DNA from: Cyanobacteria bacterium P01_D01_bin.156
GTDB lineage: Bacteria; Cyanobacteriota; Cyanobacteriia; Phormidesmidales; Phormidesmidaceae
Direction: 5' to 3'
Assembly (NCBI GenBank): GCA_039024555.1
Contig: JBCCQQ010000001.1
Location: 96,001-160,000, forward strand
DNA: 64,000 nt
The notes beneath the pieces are model-generated. The model searched no databases, was not told the DNA's origin, and saw only the letters and a program-made list of their open reading frames with translations. Below, one piece after another: positions 31,201 through 41,889 of the stretch (its first letter is position 1; every line of letters begins with the position of its first letter). A program made the translations under genes and the position numbers.

Positions 31201-31702
31201 TATCGTTGTTGGCAACGTAGGTGCTGTCCGGGCGCTGACCAATGACCCGTGCCGAAATTTCGATAAAGCCATTGCTGCCGCTGGCAATATCTCCTAGATA
31301 GCAGTCAACGGTTTGGGAGTCATCAGGCTCAATGACGATAGCTGATGGCGGCTTGCAAACAGCCGGTAGCTCAGTCCATTCTTGATCAGAGGAAATATTA
31401 GCTGTAAGGACGACGTTTTCTGCATCGCCGTTATTGACGGCATATTCCCATTTATAGATAATTTCGTCCAGAGTGCGGATAATGTTATTAGTCGGGCTGG
31501 AGTCGTTTCCAGGCGAGTCATCGGCGCTAAAGGGAGTCGTACCGGTGACGCTGGTGGAGAAGTTAAAGGTAATATCTGCCGCATTGGCCGGTGATGCAAT
31601 GTTGAGAAGTAGCGAAATCGCAACTCCAATCGCAAAATAAAATATTCTCAGCTTTGGTAAAGCTATTGGGTAACGAAACCGTTGCATGATAGACCCTGAC
31701 AA
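28235..31702 (-). CDS. DUF11-repeat surface protein, paralog of 23475-28100
   Basis: Collinear motifs with the upstream ORF (GTxPF..GND..IIRTxD; ARLYxWGG; AVADSGxWxCSQ; GDGVVxPGQ; GDRLxLxR); ends AYGYIRFRAKVN. Confidence 0.85.
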   Translation of the reverse strand: MSGSIMQRFRYPIALPKLRIFYFAIGVAISLLLNIASPANAADITFNFSTSVTGTTPFSADDSPGNDSSPTNNIIRTLDEIIYKWEYAVNNGDAENVVLTANISSDQEWTELPAVCKPPSAIVIEPDDSQTVDCYLGDIASGSNGFIEISARVIGQRPDSTYVANNDIVAATGEFSSDTSASVTAPVVETIVSASPQADLRKNRSSRQLGVRQAPDGTDGVVVRYPLTMLAGPNGKGSEPLVGDIVITDTLFGDFLSDPNGKDGVAESPVPGARLYDWGGNHRGCAWNSEPGQNNIGEWFLPHGNLSVAGANPERAVADSGDWSCSQANPGDPITITITGADTTGNHVPSQHRSGGSLPANESYLISGTIEIWIPTSEILDNGGDLKLTNQYSRVTNQSVSGQTNNDPSTPSTNNDPDNNTRTFTLIAAGGSFNQYYSRSITARGSILFPMTNRNSGDGVVMPGQNFAKRLYGHNNAILDWEDYRYCEKFDSNTLQLTPIPGDSTTAVRVFNGGPAYDYKIEYGTGDENGNAGTYSSYDAMRTATCNDAESADGWYTDMTAVPGGVDVITKIRFIALEDFPAGSTMDLAVNFIARNFYPGTTTKIPTGALMPNFSAVSTPTLPWTVSNANARNGWYHGTYVPSNHTGSKAWGDRLFLSRGIVRVTKETMPDDTVNSMVAGDTVGFRLQPSVTAIVDPAPVNPEVLVRDILPIEFTYVPGSANIIPDTVVVNPDGTTILQWDFGPSVPNQPLPEIIFDAQAKFDVPNNTQALNTVVIESPDDATPESARTAVRGVTIGNAAAFGIVKEVPHQLIEQDEGFTYELKYANTGTVDVGTGDFIDILPYIGDGRTPATNYSGSLEFFSITGTNGETFRYTNATPASISFDPEDATNQPGGATQWCTLPQLGTAGCPTTVADVTATRIATPAFLKNTPTRTLVITMDTDGNQSGDVYTNVWGGRVEDLLGLLESNAVPVSVRVPSNLVLVKRITAINGELLTNIVDDPNDVNDNDDNWPDDYLKGEIDGGTIVSGDTLEYTIYYLSNGGTDVRGIGFCDLVPQYTTFVNNSFNANTGSIDGIGTTDLGIELSTALGSIFFTSANDGDSGTFYNPGEAPSVTCSAVNDNGAVVVDVGDVSHVGPGGTTSAAYGYIRFRAKVN

Positions 31703-32050
31703 GAAACTCTTGGACAGGACAACAAAAATAGCGCGTATTTTGTGATGTCCTCAAGCCTGGTAGATGGCTATGATAATGGACTTAAAGCACCATATTTAAG
31801 CTACCCGTCAGGGATCAATCAATTTATAGGCATATTAGCCGAAAGTAAAAGACTAAATTCATCAGTGATTCAGCAAATTTACAGTCTTTCAACACTCCTC
31901 TCAAATTTTGAAAAACCTAAACATGAGGTTTTTTGCCATTATCCAACGTCATTCATCGTTGCTGATTCAACCAAGAAAACAATGCATTAACATTATTAGC
32001 AGCCTAGATATAACAGATAAGATCATCTCGTGTATAAAAACAACACTTAT

Positions 32051-33145
32051 TTAATTCGCACGTTGCCACTGGCGAACAACCTCTTCTACCACAGAACGAT
32101 CAGGTGGAGATACCACTTTTCCAGTCGGTATTGTTGTTGCGCCAGGAATATTTCTACTCCAAGGGCTGTTGGGAACTGAGTTGAGGTCCACGTTAGCGTT
32201 CATTGGCCGGAACCCATGTTGTACAAAGACTGCTTGCTGCTCTGGTGCCATTAGAAAGTCAATAAATGTACGGGCTGCTTTTGCTTTTCCACCGCTGACA
32301 TTTCTCTGCACAATGGCCGCAGTAGAGACTGTTTCAATAGTTGGATTTAGATAAAGAATTTGATATGGTTTGCCTTGGGTAGCACTGGATTGTTCCCAAC
32401 GATAGAGCGCAATACTCTCATAAACTGTGGCAATATCCGCATCATTAGGGCCACGAGCAATAAACTCTTGCAACAGAATATCTGTGGATCTGGGTGGTTG
32501 ATAAACAGATCGTTTAACCAATCCAAACAGGTCTTGCACATTATTTTTGCCAAAATCACTTGAGCTGAGATTGGTGCTATTAGCTTCGGACTGAGACCAT
32601 AAACTCATGGTGAGCTGACCACTATTCGACCGAGTCGGATCGGTTGTAACAAAATCAAAGCTACCCCATGCGGCATTACCTCCAATTTTGCTCCAGTTAC
32701 GACTGGCCATGGCATCTTCTAAAGTCTGCCATTGAAACTCTCCCCCCGGAAAAAGTGCCTGCGCACGTTCTGGCCAGGAAATTGCCACCAGCATTGTTTT
32801 CGCAATGGGCTGGGGCGTTTCATAAAATGGCTCACTGCCATACTGGGCCTGCCAGCGTTGGCTTAGCTCATCTAACAGCTGACCGTTGGCAGGAATGAGA
32901 ACCGTAGGTTCAAAGTCATTGTTGTCGTCAATGTATTTATTGACAATATCCTGGGAGCCTTGGAATTCAAGATTAACTTGAATAGACGGATTCTGTTGTT
33001 CAAAACGAGTTTCAAGCAGCTTGAGTGGTTCCTGGAGTTCGCTACCGCTAACGATAGTAATGGTTTGGTTAACACCAGGAAGCGGGGCAAAAGCAAGACC
33101 AGCTGAAGCAGCAATGACGGCAAGGGAGATGAGGGGTTTGGACAT
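32051..33145 (-). CDS. Substrate-binding (PBP type II fold) protein
   Basis: N-terminal hydrophobic anchor; VSGSEL..GSQDI..TDPTRSNSG..ATVYES..GFRP. Confidence 0.8.
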   Translation of the reverse strand: MSKPLISLAVIAASAGLAFAPLPGVNQTITIVSGSELQEPLKLLETRFEQQNPSIQVNLEFQGSQDIVNKYIDDNNDFEPTVLIPANGQLLDELSQRWQAQYGSEPFYETPQPIAKTMLVAISWPERAQALFPGGEFQWQTLEDAMASRNWSKIGGNAAWGSFDFVTTDPTRSNSGQLTMSLWSQSEANSTNLSSSDFGKNNVQDLFGLVKRSVYQPPRSTDILLQEFIARGPNDADIATVYESIALYRWEQSSATQGKPYQILYLNPTIETVSTAAIVQRNVSGGKAKAARTFIDFLMAPEQQAVFVQHGFRPMNANVDLNSVPNSPWSRNIPGATTIPTGKVVSPPDRSVVEEVVRQWQRAN

Positions 33146-33157
33146 GGGAGTAGCGCG

Positions 33158-33185
33158 TTCGGAATTAGGAATTTGGAATTCAGAA
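33158..33185. repeat. Heptamer tandem repeat (STRR-type)
   Basis: TTCGGAA TTAGGAA TTTGGAA TTCAGAA. Confidence 0.7.
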
Positions 33186-33201
33186 ATTAAGGTCCTGAAG
33201 A

Positions 33202-33927
33202 TTAGGCAATTAAAACATCAACATTTTCTTGAAGGGCCTTAAACTCATCACCCAGTTTTCGCAGTTCGCTGGCCGAGATTGCATCAGAGAGATCGGCAGT
33301 ACGTAGTTTGTTCTGCAGCTGCTGTAAAACGCCTCCAGACTCAGCGATAAGTGTGGATAGGTTGGCTAGCTGGGCCTGACGAGCATCTTCTCCTTGCTGG
33401 GCAAGGGCTATGTTGCGTTTGAGGCTGTTGGCGAGCTTACCCCACTGTTCCTGGGCCACTCCTTTGCTATTGCGGACTTTAATCTCCGCTTGTTTGAGCT
33501 GTCGTTCTAGTGCATTAACAGAAAGTAGAGCATCGTTACCCTCCATCCGAAGGGCCAACTGGTCAATTTTTTGGGGAAGTTCCTGGGTGCGATCGCAGGC
33601 ATATTGCACCACCCCTAATAGCTCAATTTCATCGCTAGCCGTTAGCAATCGTGTCGCCTCTTGATTCAGTTCATTCGCCCGTATGCCTAGATCTGTCGCC
33701 TGCTGACGCACCTGTTGAACTTCACGATCAACAGCCTTGTTAGCCAGCTCCACGCGATCGGGCTCTTTAGTTTTAAGGACGGCAGACCCCACTGTAGCAA
33801 TTGCGATCGCTCCTGGGATGGCCACTACAGCGGGCAGTCGTCCCAGACGCACACCACCTACCAAAAAAATGCCCCCTGCCAGCACCGCCAACGGATACTG
33901 CAATGGATTAGCTAGCTTCATCAACAA
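33202..33927 (-). CDS. Hypothetical membrane-anchored coiled-coil protein
   Basis: Two N-terminal hydrophobic segments then a heptad-rich helical region; middle gene of a 3-gene operon. Confidence 0.75.
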   Translation of the reverse strand: MLMKLANPLQYPLAVLAGGIFLVGGVRLGRLPAVVAIPGAIAIATVGSAVLKTKEPDRVELANKAVDREVQQVRQQATDLGIRANELNQEATRLLTASDEIELLGVVQYACDRTQELPQKIDQLALRMEGNDALLSVNALERQLKQAEIKVRNSKGVAQEQWGKLANSLKRNIALAQQGEDARQAQLANLSTLIAESGGVLQQLQNKLRTADLSDAISASELRKLGDEFKALQENVDVLIA

Positions 33928-33939
33928 ACCTCAACTTAG

Positions 33940-35664
33940 CTAAAACTCTACCTGCAAATCAGCCATCAACTGGGCAATGGTTGCCGGGTCACCCTTACGA
34001 TAGTACCCGCCGTTTAGCTCAGCGATTTGTTCTAATGCCTGGGGATTAAACTCGCCTTCTTTGCCATAGCCAACGGTAAAAAAGGCGATTCGCTGATCCG
34101 ACGAAAAACCACTTTTAGAAAGCTCCTGGCCCAATTGGTCCAAACCAATCCGCGACTCAGAATCTTCACCATCTGTCAAAATCAGGACCGCATTAATAGA
34201 ATTAGCCCGTAGATTCTGCGATAGCCAGTTGCGCGCTGCCAGCGCCGAATCATAGAGACGTGTTCCTCCATCGGCACGCAGGCTGGCTATAAACTGCAGA
34301 CCTCTTGTTTGCCCCTCAGGGGTACCATCCACCAGCACCGGCTGGCGAATATCACTATCAAAGTCAATCAAAGCTACCTGATCCTTAGGCCCCAGGCTTT
34401 CCACATAGGTTTTGAGAGTATTTTGCACTGCGGGCAATTTACTCCCTTCCATAGAACCAGAGCTATCGACCACCACCACCACCTTGGAGGACTTCTTAGC
34501 CACCTGACTCCAGGAAGCGATCATCGCTTCAGTCACATCCGGTGCCGGAGGCCGATAGGAATCGTAGCTAGCTTGGGGGTCTACACCAAAATTACTGGAA
34601 AACTTGTTGCCTAGGGCTACCCCAGGTGCCCCAGGCCGTAAACCCAGATTAGTGGCAATCTGCTGAGCGGGAGGAGATTGTAAATACTCCACAATTTGAT
34701 CAGCCGCTGCTTTTTCCTGGTCGCTAACCCAGGGTGCACTAGGCACAATCGCCCGCATGTTTGAAGTAAAGGTGGACTTAGGATACACCGCTTCGTAACG
34801 GGTGCCTCCGGGGGGCAGCTCCGTATTGGCCGCAATCACGGATGACTCGTATACGGAACCAATGGAGGCCCAGAAGGGGCCATTTTCCACCATGGATTTA
34901 GCCAGAGTAGAGGTGGATTTACCATAGCGAGTGATTTTACTCTGAATATTTTGGACCGCCGCCTGATGTTGTTGTACGTCCGCTAGAGTCAGCTCCTCCG
35001 GCCGCTTACCCGATACAGAAGCAAACTGAGACACCAGAGTTTGTAGTCCTGAGTTAGAGCGTGTAGGCGCCGTATGAACGTAGTAAACCGGCTGGGCTGG
35101 GCTACTGGCATCCAGATCCTGATGGGTTTTAGCCGTCACTAGCTTGGCAAATAGATCCTCTACCTGACGCAGCCCCGGTGCCAAATCGCTAGGCACCATA
35201 AACACCATGGGGCTATTGGCTAAAAGCGGCGCATCGGTAATGGATGGAATATAGTTTTGACCAGGATATAGCTGATCCATACGATAGATCAGCTGGTTTT
35301 GGTATATTTCACCATCTACCGAAAGAATTGAGGGAAATTCCGGCGCATCTGCAGTAATGCTACCCTGCTGTAGCTGTTGAGCCAAACTGATTGTGCGCTC
35401 AACGACATCACCGCTACCGGCTGCTTCACAGCTCATGTAGAATGCTTCGCCACTGTCTAGCTTCGGATTGGTTTGGTTGAACTGGACCGCTGCGTCATCA
35501 CAAAAGTGGTGTAGCGCACTTCCCACCAGAAGCTTGACCTCAAATCCGTTGTTTCCTCCTCCACTGAACCCGCCTGAACCACCTCCACAACTGGCTAGCA
35601 ACAGGGCTAAGGATACTGGAACTGTGCCCAACAAGCGTTTCAATTGATTCACCATAACTTTCAA
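33940..35664 (-). CDS. Lipoprotein with substrate-binding domain fused to vWA domain
   Basis: Lipobox LLASC; HTAPTRSNSG; MIDAS DSSGSM, GGTRLYD, ILTDGED. Confidence 0.9.
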   Translation of the reverse strand: MKVMVNQLKRLLGTVPVSLALLLASCGGGSGGFSGGGNNGFEVKLLVGSALHHFCDDAAVQFNQTNPKLDSGEAFYMSCEAAGSGDVVERTISLAQQLQQGSITADAPEFPSILSVDGEIYQNQLIYRMDQLYPGQNYIPSITDAPLLANSPMVFMVPSDLAPGLRQVEDLFAKLVTAKTHQDLDASSPAQPVYYVHTAPTRSNSGLQTLVSQFASVSGKRPEELTLADVQQHQAAVQNIQSKITRYGKSTSTLAKSMVENGPFWASIGSVYESSVIAANTELPPGGTRYEAVYPKSTFTSNMRAIVPSAPWVSDQEKAAADQIVEYLQSPPAQQIATNLGLRPGAPGVALGNKFSSNFGVDPQASYDSYRPPAPDVTEAMIASWSQVAKKSSKVVVVVDSSGSMEGSKLPAVQNTLKTYVESLGPKDQVALIDFDSDIRQPVLVDGTPEGQTRGLQFIASLRADGGTRLYDSALAARNWLSQNLRANSINAVLILTDGEDSESRIGLDQLGQELSKSGFSSDQRIAFFTVGYGKEGEFNPQALEQIAELNGGYYRKGDPATIAQLMADLQVEF

Positions 35665-35767
35665 GACGCTATTTGCAATGAGCTACACAGAATTCTGTGG
35701 CAATATCGCACTTATTGTGACCAATTGCAGACGATGGACACGCCAAGCTAAAGCAATTTAAACATTT

Positions 35768-35859
35768 GGCGTTGCTGATCCTCGGGATGATTTTCTCTGT
35801 GCAAATCCAGACAACCGAAAAGCTCTACAGATCATTTTCGCCTCTAAATCAGCAACAGC
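35768..35859 (+). mobile_element. ~91-bp MITE, family A copy
   Basis: GGCGTTGCTGATCCTCGGGATGATTTT...AAATCAGCAACAGC; first 27 bp identical to copy at 42438. Confidence 0.75.
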
Positions 35860-35906
35860 AATATTTTGACCGTTGCGATGTGTCCCCAAATCTCAAACAG
35901 TACTAT

Positions 35907-36098
35907 CTAACGATCTTCACAATCAGTCTGAATATCTACATCTAGGGTGTCTTCATCAATGGTGATGTAGAGAATATTGGGACGACAACACACCTGACAG
36001 TCTTCTACATACTGTTGGGTAAGACCTCCACTGATGTCGATGAATGTGGTGTTCGGCTCACCACAATAGGCGCAATAGTATTCGGCGGTAGTTTGCAT
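35907..36098 (-). CDS. CPXCG-motif cysteine-rich small protein (zinc ribbon)
   Basis: CAYCGE..YVEDCQVCCRP; start set at ATG 36098. Confidence 0.85.
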   Translation of the reverse strand: MQTTAEYYCAYCGEPNTTFIDISGGLTQQYVEDCQVCCRPNILYITIDEDTLDVDIQTDCEDR

Positions 36099-36164
36099 CT
36101 TTGCAGAGTGGATAGTAACCACCCGAGAGAGGTGTTGGACATTAACAATTATTCGGAGGAAACC

Positions 36165-37520
36165 CTAGTAGCGCTGGGGCTGTTTACGTTCTCGTTCAAG
36201 CCGACACCGAATACGGTGATGGGCACGACGGGTTAACGGATATCGATGCACACAGTACAGCCCCCCAAAAATTAATAGGCTAGGAACAGCACTAGCCAGC
36301 AGACGAATAACCAATAACTGGGTATCTGGGCCAATCTGGTCTGCCCAATCAAGCGTCCAGCCCGATAGAAAAATTGCGATCGCAATTCCCACCTTTTGCA
36401 AAAATACCATCAGGCTAATAAACATCCCCTCCTGACGCTCACCAGTGCGCAGCTCCTCGTCATCAATCACATCGGGCAGCATGGCAAAGGGCACCAAGTA
36501 AAAGGTGGAAAGCCCGGCTCCAATGATCAGCCCCACCGTATACATAGCCGTAATCTGGCCCGGTTGAAGCATCCCTAAAATACACATCCCCACCAGTGCC
36601 AGTGGAGCACCGGCAAAGTAAACCCGTTGCTTGCTGGTGCGTTTGGTCACCCATAACCAAAAGGGCAGCATCGCCACCGAACTGCCTTGGACTGCGATCG
36701 CCATTTGGGTAAAGTGCTGCTCCCCTAAGCCCATCCAATCAGTCACAAAAAAGGGCAACATCGCCGCTGTTACCTGTACCCCCACCCAAGAACATAGGTA
36801 CAGTCCCATAACCCAGCGAAAGGCTCGATTTTGGAATACTTTACGCAACTGACGCCCCATGGGATGAGGAGAGAGCTCCGGTTGGTGACGCATCATTGGA
36901 CGGTATTGTCCGTAGGTGCCCACCACACACACAGCAATCGCCACAACAATAAATACAGCGCTCACCCCACCCAAAATCACGTACTGTCGCTGGCTATCCT
37001 CCACAAGGGCAAAAATGATTTGGGCCAATACCAGTCCCACCACAGAACCAATAATGTTGGCCGCTGAGCGTACCGACATAATGCTTGTACGCTCGTCGTA
37101 GTCGGGTGTGAGCTCTGTGGCAATAGCCACCATCGGTAGAATAATCACCGAAAACGCGGTGTAACCACCGATGGCCATGGCAGTGTAATAAACAAATAGG
37201 CCAACCTGCGACTCTAACGGGGGCACCACCCAAAGCATCAATGTAAAAAACCCCAAGGGCAGAGCACCCATCACCAACCACGGATAGCGTCGTCCCCAAC
37301 GAGAACGGGTGCGATCGCTCAACCAACCAATCACTGGATCATTGACGGCATCCCAGATTCGTCCAATCAGCAGGACAGCGCCTGCCAGGGTAGGAGATAA
37401 CCCCACTACCTCAGTCAGAAAAAACAGTAAATAGAAAATAGCCAGGCCAATGGGAATAGCCGTGCCTAGTTCACCAATGCCGTAGGCTACTTTAGTCTGC
37501 AGAGACAAGCGATTGGACAT
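36165..37520 (-). CDS. MFS glycoside-pentoside-hexuronide (MelB-like) symporter
   Basis: WDAVNDPVIGWLSDRTRSRWGRRYPW, ELTPDYDERT, PDVIDDEELRTGERQEG; multiple TM helices. Confidence 0.9.
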   Translation of the reverse strand: MSNRLSLQTKVAYGIGELGTAIPIGLAIFYLLFFLTEVVGLSPTLAGAVLLIGRIWDAVNDPVIGWLSDRTRSRWGRRYPWLVMGALPLGFFTLMLWVVPPLESQVGLFVYYTAMAIGGYTAFSVIILPMVAIATELTPDYDERTSIMSVRSAANIIGSVVGLVLAQIIFALVEDSQRQYVILGGVSAVFIVVAIAVCVVGTYGQYRPMMRHQPELSPHPMGRQLRKVFQNRAFRWVMGLYLCSWVGVQVTAAMLPFFVTDWMGLGEQHFTQMAIAVQGSSVAMLPFWLWVTKRTSKQRVYFAGAPLALVGMCILGMLQPGQITAMYTVGLIIGAGLSTFYLVPFAMLPDVIDDEELRTGERQEGMFISLMVFLQKVGIAIAIFLSGWTLDWADQIGPDTQLLVIRLLASAVPSLLIFGGLYCVHRYPLTRRAHHRIRCRLERERKQPQRY

Positions 37521-37701
37521 GACGTAGGTAGTGATGCTCAGTATTCCAAGATACCGAAGAGTGTCATGCCCTGAATAGTACTCCCATGGGTTGGGATAAC
37601 CTATTCAACGTGCACCTGAAGAAGAAAAATGGCCATTAAAGGGTCTAATAATCTCAAAACTGGGCAGCAATTTAAGCAGGGAAATCTAGACTAGGACTAA
37701 A

Positions 37702-37774
37702 TTCGGAAGTCAGAATTCGGAAGTCAGAAGGGGAGGATGTTCCGAACTCCGAATTCCAAATTCCGAACTCTAAA
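37702..37774. repeat. Inverted pair of heptamer tandem arrays
   Basis: (TTCGGAA GTCAGAA)x2, then TTCCGAA CTCCGAA TTCCAAA TTCCGAA CTCTAAA. Confidence 0.75.
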
Positions 37775-37810
37775 TCCCTGGGGAAATCGTCCCGCTTTGA
37801 GTTGGGACCC

Positions 37811-38311
37811 TCAAAACTGCCAATTAATAGACCCAGCAATTTCCGCATCTGTATCGTCAGATTTCAGAATTAAGTTCCCTTCTACATTGAGCACAAGACG
37901 TTCCGTAAGACTCATATCTAAACCAGCCGTAATCATTGGGTCTAGATCACTTTCATCAAAATTGTAGGCAAACCCGCCGCCGCCAAATACAAGGAACTGT
38001 TCATCAAACGGTAAGTCAAAGGAAACCGGAAAACGCCCTTCAAACTGATCTCCGATCAAAACAGCTGGCCGCACAGATAAACTGTTTTGTTCAAACTGAA
38101 TCACTTCAAATTTAGAGTCAAGCACTAAAGCCGTCGAATCATTCAATCCACTACGAACACCTGCACCTACATAGTTATCAATTGCATTATCCATAAAGGG
38201 TGATGCACCGACAGATGGGGCTAACGCTGCGATTCCCACAAAAGCACCCAACAACGATTTAGCTAATTTAGAACCCATAAGAACGTTTGATAAACGGATT
38301 GCATATGCCAT
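37811..38311 (-). CDS. Small outer-membrane beta-barrel protein
   Basis: Signal peptide, amphipathic strands, C-terminal ..GSINWQF (terminal Phe). Confidence 0.7.
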   Translation of the reverse strand: MAYAIRLSNVLMGSKLAKSLLGAFVGIAALAPSVGASPFMDNAIDNYVGAGVRSGLNDSTALVLDSKFEVIQFEQNSLSVRPAVLIGDQFEGRFPVSFDLPFDEQFLVFGGGGFAYNFDESDLDPMITAGLDMSLTERLVLNVEGNLILKSDDTDAEIAGSINWQF

Positions 38312-38647
38312 AAATGGTTTTAATCATCAAGGCTAGGCGATACTCTACAGGAAGATTTAGTAGAGGTATCTGAAACGATTTCAGCCTTGAGACATCCTTC
38401 ATAGAAGTCGGATGAAAATATTTTTTTTGATAATTACCGTTCTCAAAAAGAACCTGCTTAAATGGGATCAAAACTTGCGTTGCTAAGCTTTAGATAAATA
38501 TGCCTGCAAAGTCATGCTACACAGCATTTCCAACAGATAGTTTGATCGTTTGAGCTAGCAACTGCCTGGACAGCCGAACATTTTCATGGCTGACCGTATT
38601 AGAACAAAAACCTTTAACAATGTTGTTTTTGCTAATGGGAGTGCATC

Positions 38648-38926
38648 ATGACTGTTGAAACCTTAAACCACATGATGACCTATGTCATTGAAGGCTGGGC
38701 GGTCGTCAGCGCTACGTATCTGAGCCTTGGGTTTACCCTGTCGTTTACAGCTCGGGTAAAAAATGGTTTGAAGGAAAAAGAAGCCGCCCAAGCAACAGCC
38801 AAAGCAGAAGAGGTCAAAAATGCTAAACGTGTGGCTGAAATGACGGCTGTGTCTGAAAAGTACACCAAGCCATCAAATCGGCAAACAATCAAAAGCAGTG
38901 TGAAAGTACCTGAAACTGAGCTTTAG
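38648..38926 (+). CDS. Hypothetical single-TM protein
   Basis: GGAG before ATG; one hydrophobic helix followed by a basic tail; hairpin downstream. Confidence 0.6.
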   Translation: MTVETLNHMMTYVIEGWAVVSATYLSLGFTLSFTARVKNGLKEKEAAQATAKAEEVKNAKRVAEMTAVSEKYTKPSNRQTIKSSVKVPETEL

Positions 38927-38933
38927 AAGGCAT

Positions 38934-38974
38934 AGGCAATGGAGTAGTAGGAGAGTGCTACCACTCCACTGCCT
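38934..38974. terminator. Hairpin between convergent genes
   Basis: AGGCAATGGAGTAGTAG...CTACCACTCCACTGCCT. Confidence 0.55.
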
Positions 38975-39012
38975 CGAAACATAGGGAGAGCCCCCTACTT
39001 AACTCACATGCC

Positions 39013-40722
<1,710 letters not shown>

Positions 40723-40770
40723 TCAACAGACTGCCATATTAGACATTCCGTTTACAGGGGGAAGTTTGCA

Positions 40771-40860
40771 TTCGGAATTCGGAAGTTTGAATTTAGAGTT
40801 TTGGGAGGCGCAAGTCGCCATTACTTTATTGAGACTTGCGAATTCTAAATTCCAAATTCT
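40771..40860. repeat. Inverted heptamer arrays around a small hairpin
   Basis: TTCGGAA TTCGGAA GTTTGAA TTTAGAG ... CGCAAGTC/GACTTGCG ... TTCTAAA TTCCAAA. Confidence 0.65.
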
Positions 40861-41366
40861 CAGACCCATTGGCGTTTAAGCTGCCGAAGAAATACGAGCC
40901 ACAATCGGGCAGGTTTACCGTAAAACGTGAAAACATCACCATAGGCCAAATTGGCATTACGGTGGTGCAGCTGATGACGTTCAGGGGTGGTGATACAGAA
41001 CCAGCGACACAGGGTTGTAATTAGCTTTGGAGTGCGATGGGTGGGAGCAAACTGGTGTCGCCAAATGACATGCAGCTCAGCTAATAACAACCCAATAGCC
41101 GTGCCCACGGGAGAGAGCCACCAAAGCAGGGGCGCCCACATCAGGTAAGGGAGAGCGCCTAAAAAACCAGGCAACAAAGCCTGAGGACAATGTTTACGTA
41201 TGGCATAGCTCACAAAACTACGGTTGGGGCTATGGTGAACGATGCTGTGATAACGACCAAACACATGTTCTGGGACATGGTACACGAAGGTAGCGACAAA
41301 ATCCCCTAGAAGCAGCAGTAAAAGGGGAACAACCAAAAGCTTCTCAAAAATTTGTACGTAGTCCAT
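40860..41366 (-). CDS. Fatty acid hydroxylase / sterol desaturase family protein
   Basis: His boxes YHVPEH, HSIVHH, HVIWRH, HQLHH. Confidence 0.8.
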   Translation of the reverse strand: MDYVQIFEKLLVVPLLLLLLGDFVATFVYHVPEHVFGRYHSIVHHSPNRSFVSYAIRKHCPQALLPGFLGALPYLMWAPLLWWLSPVGTAIGLLLAELHVIWRHQFAPTHRTPKLITTLCRWFCITTPERHQLHHRNANLAYGDVFTFYGKPARLWLVFLRQLKRQWV

Positions 41367-41473
41367 GCCGATTGCCTCGTAACTTCTCGGCAACCTAGCA
41401 AAACAAATTTAAAGTTTATTTAACATTGAGTTTAAAAATGACTTACAGTTTCCAAGTGCGATTTATTGGCCCT

Positions 41474-41659
41474 TTATCGAGTGGACTGAACAGTACTAAA
41501 GAGTGCGATCGCAAAACAGGCCAAAATCAGTAGCCAAATCACAATTCCTGGTAAAAACACCAGTAAGCCAATGCCACGCAAGCCCCATACAATAGCGGTC
41601 ATAGCGATGGTAGCCAATAGAAGTTGGGTGATTGGACGCAAACGAAAACGGTTAGGCAT
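41474..41659 (-). CDS. Small two-TM hypothetical protein
   Basis: 61 aa with two hydrophobic helices (VWGLRGIGLLVFLPG). Confidence 0.65.
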   Translation of the reverse strand: MPNRFRLRPITQLLLATIAMTAIVWGLRGIGLLVFLPGIVIWLLILACFAIALFSTVQSTR

Positions 41660-41889
41660 CGGTCAAACTGGGTGAGTGGATCTTCTTAAGGAACAACAAG
41701 GTTCACCAAGGTTTTACGCAATAATGTGCGTGCTTGACACTAGTCTTACGTCGTCTGGTTAATAATGGCAACGAATCAGCAAAGCTTGGTAAATTTCAAT
41801 GCTGAGCATCTGATTTAAGGGTCCACACCATTCTTATTGATTCATCCATTTATTTCCTTATACCTATCCCGTTTTTCCTTATTGATCTT

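Noticed and set aside
6505..31635. Many short antisense or alternate-frame ORFs inside the large surface-protein genes
   Set aside because: Fully overlap long motif-bearing ORFs, and their compositions mirror the sense-strand codon bias.
23475..31702. Invertible/shufflon arrangement of the convergent paralogs
   Set aside because: No recombinase nearby and no long identical inverted nucleotide repeats seen; similarity is at protein level.
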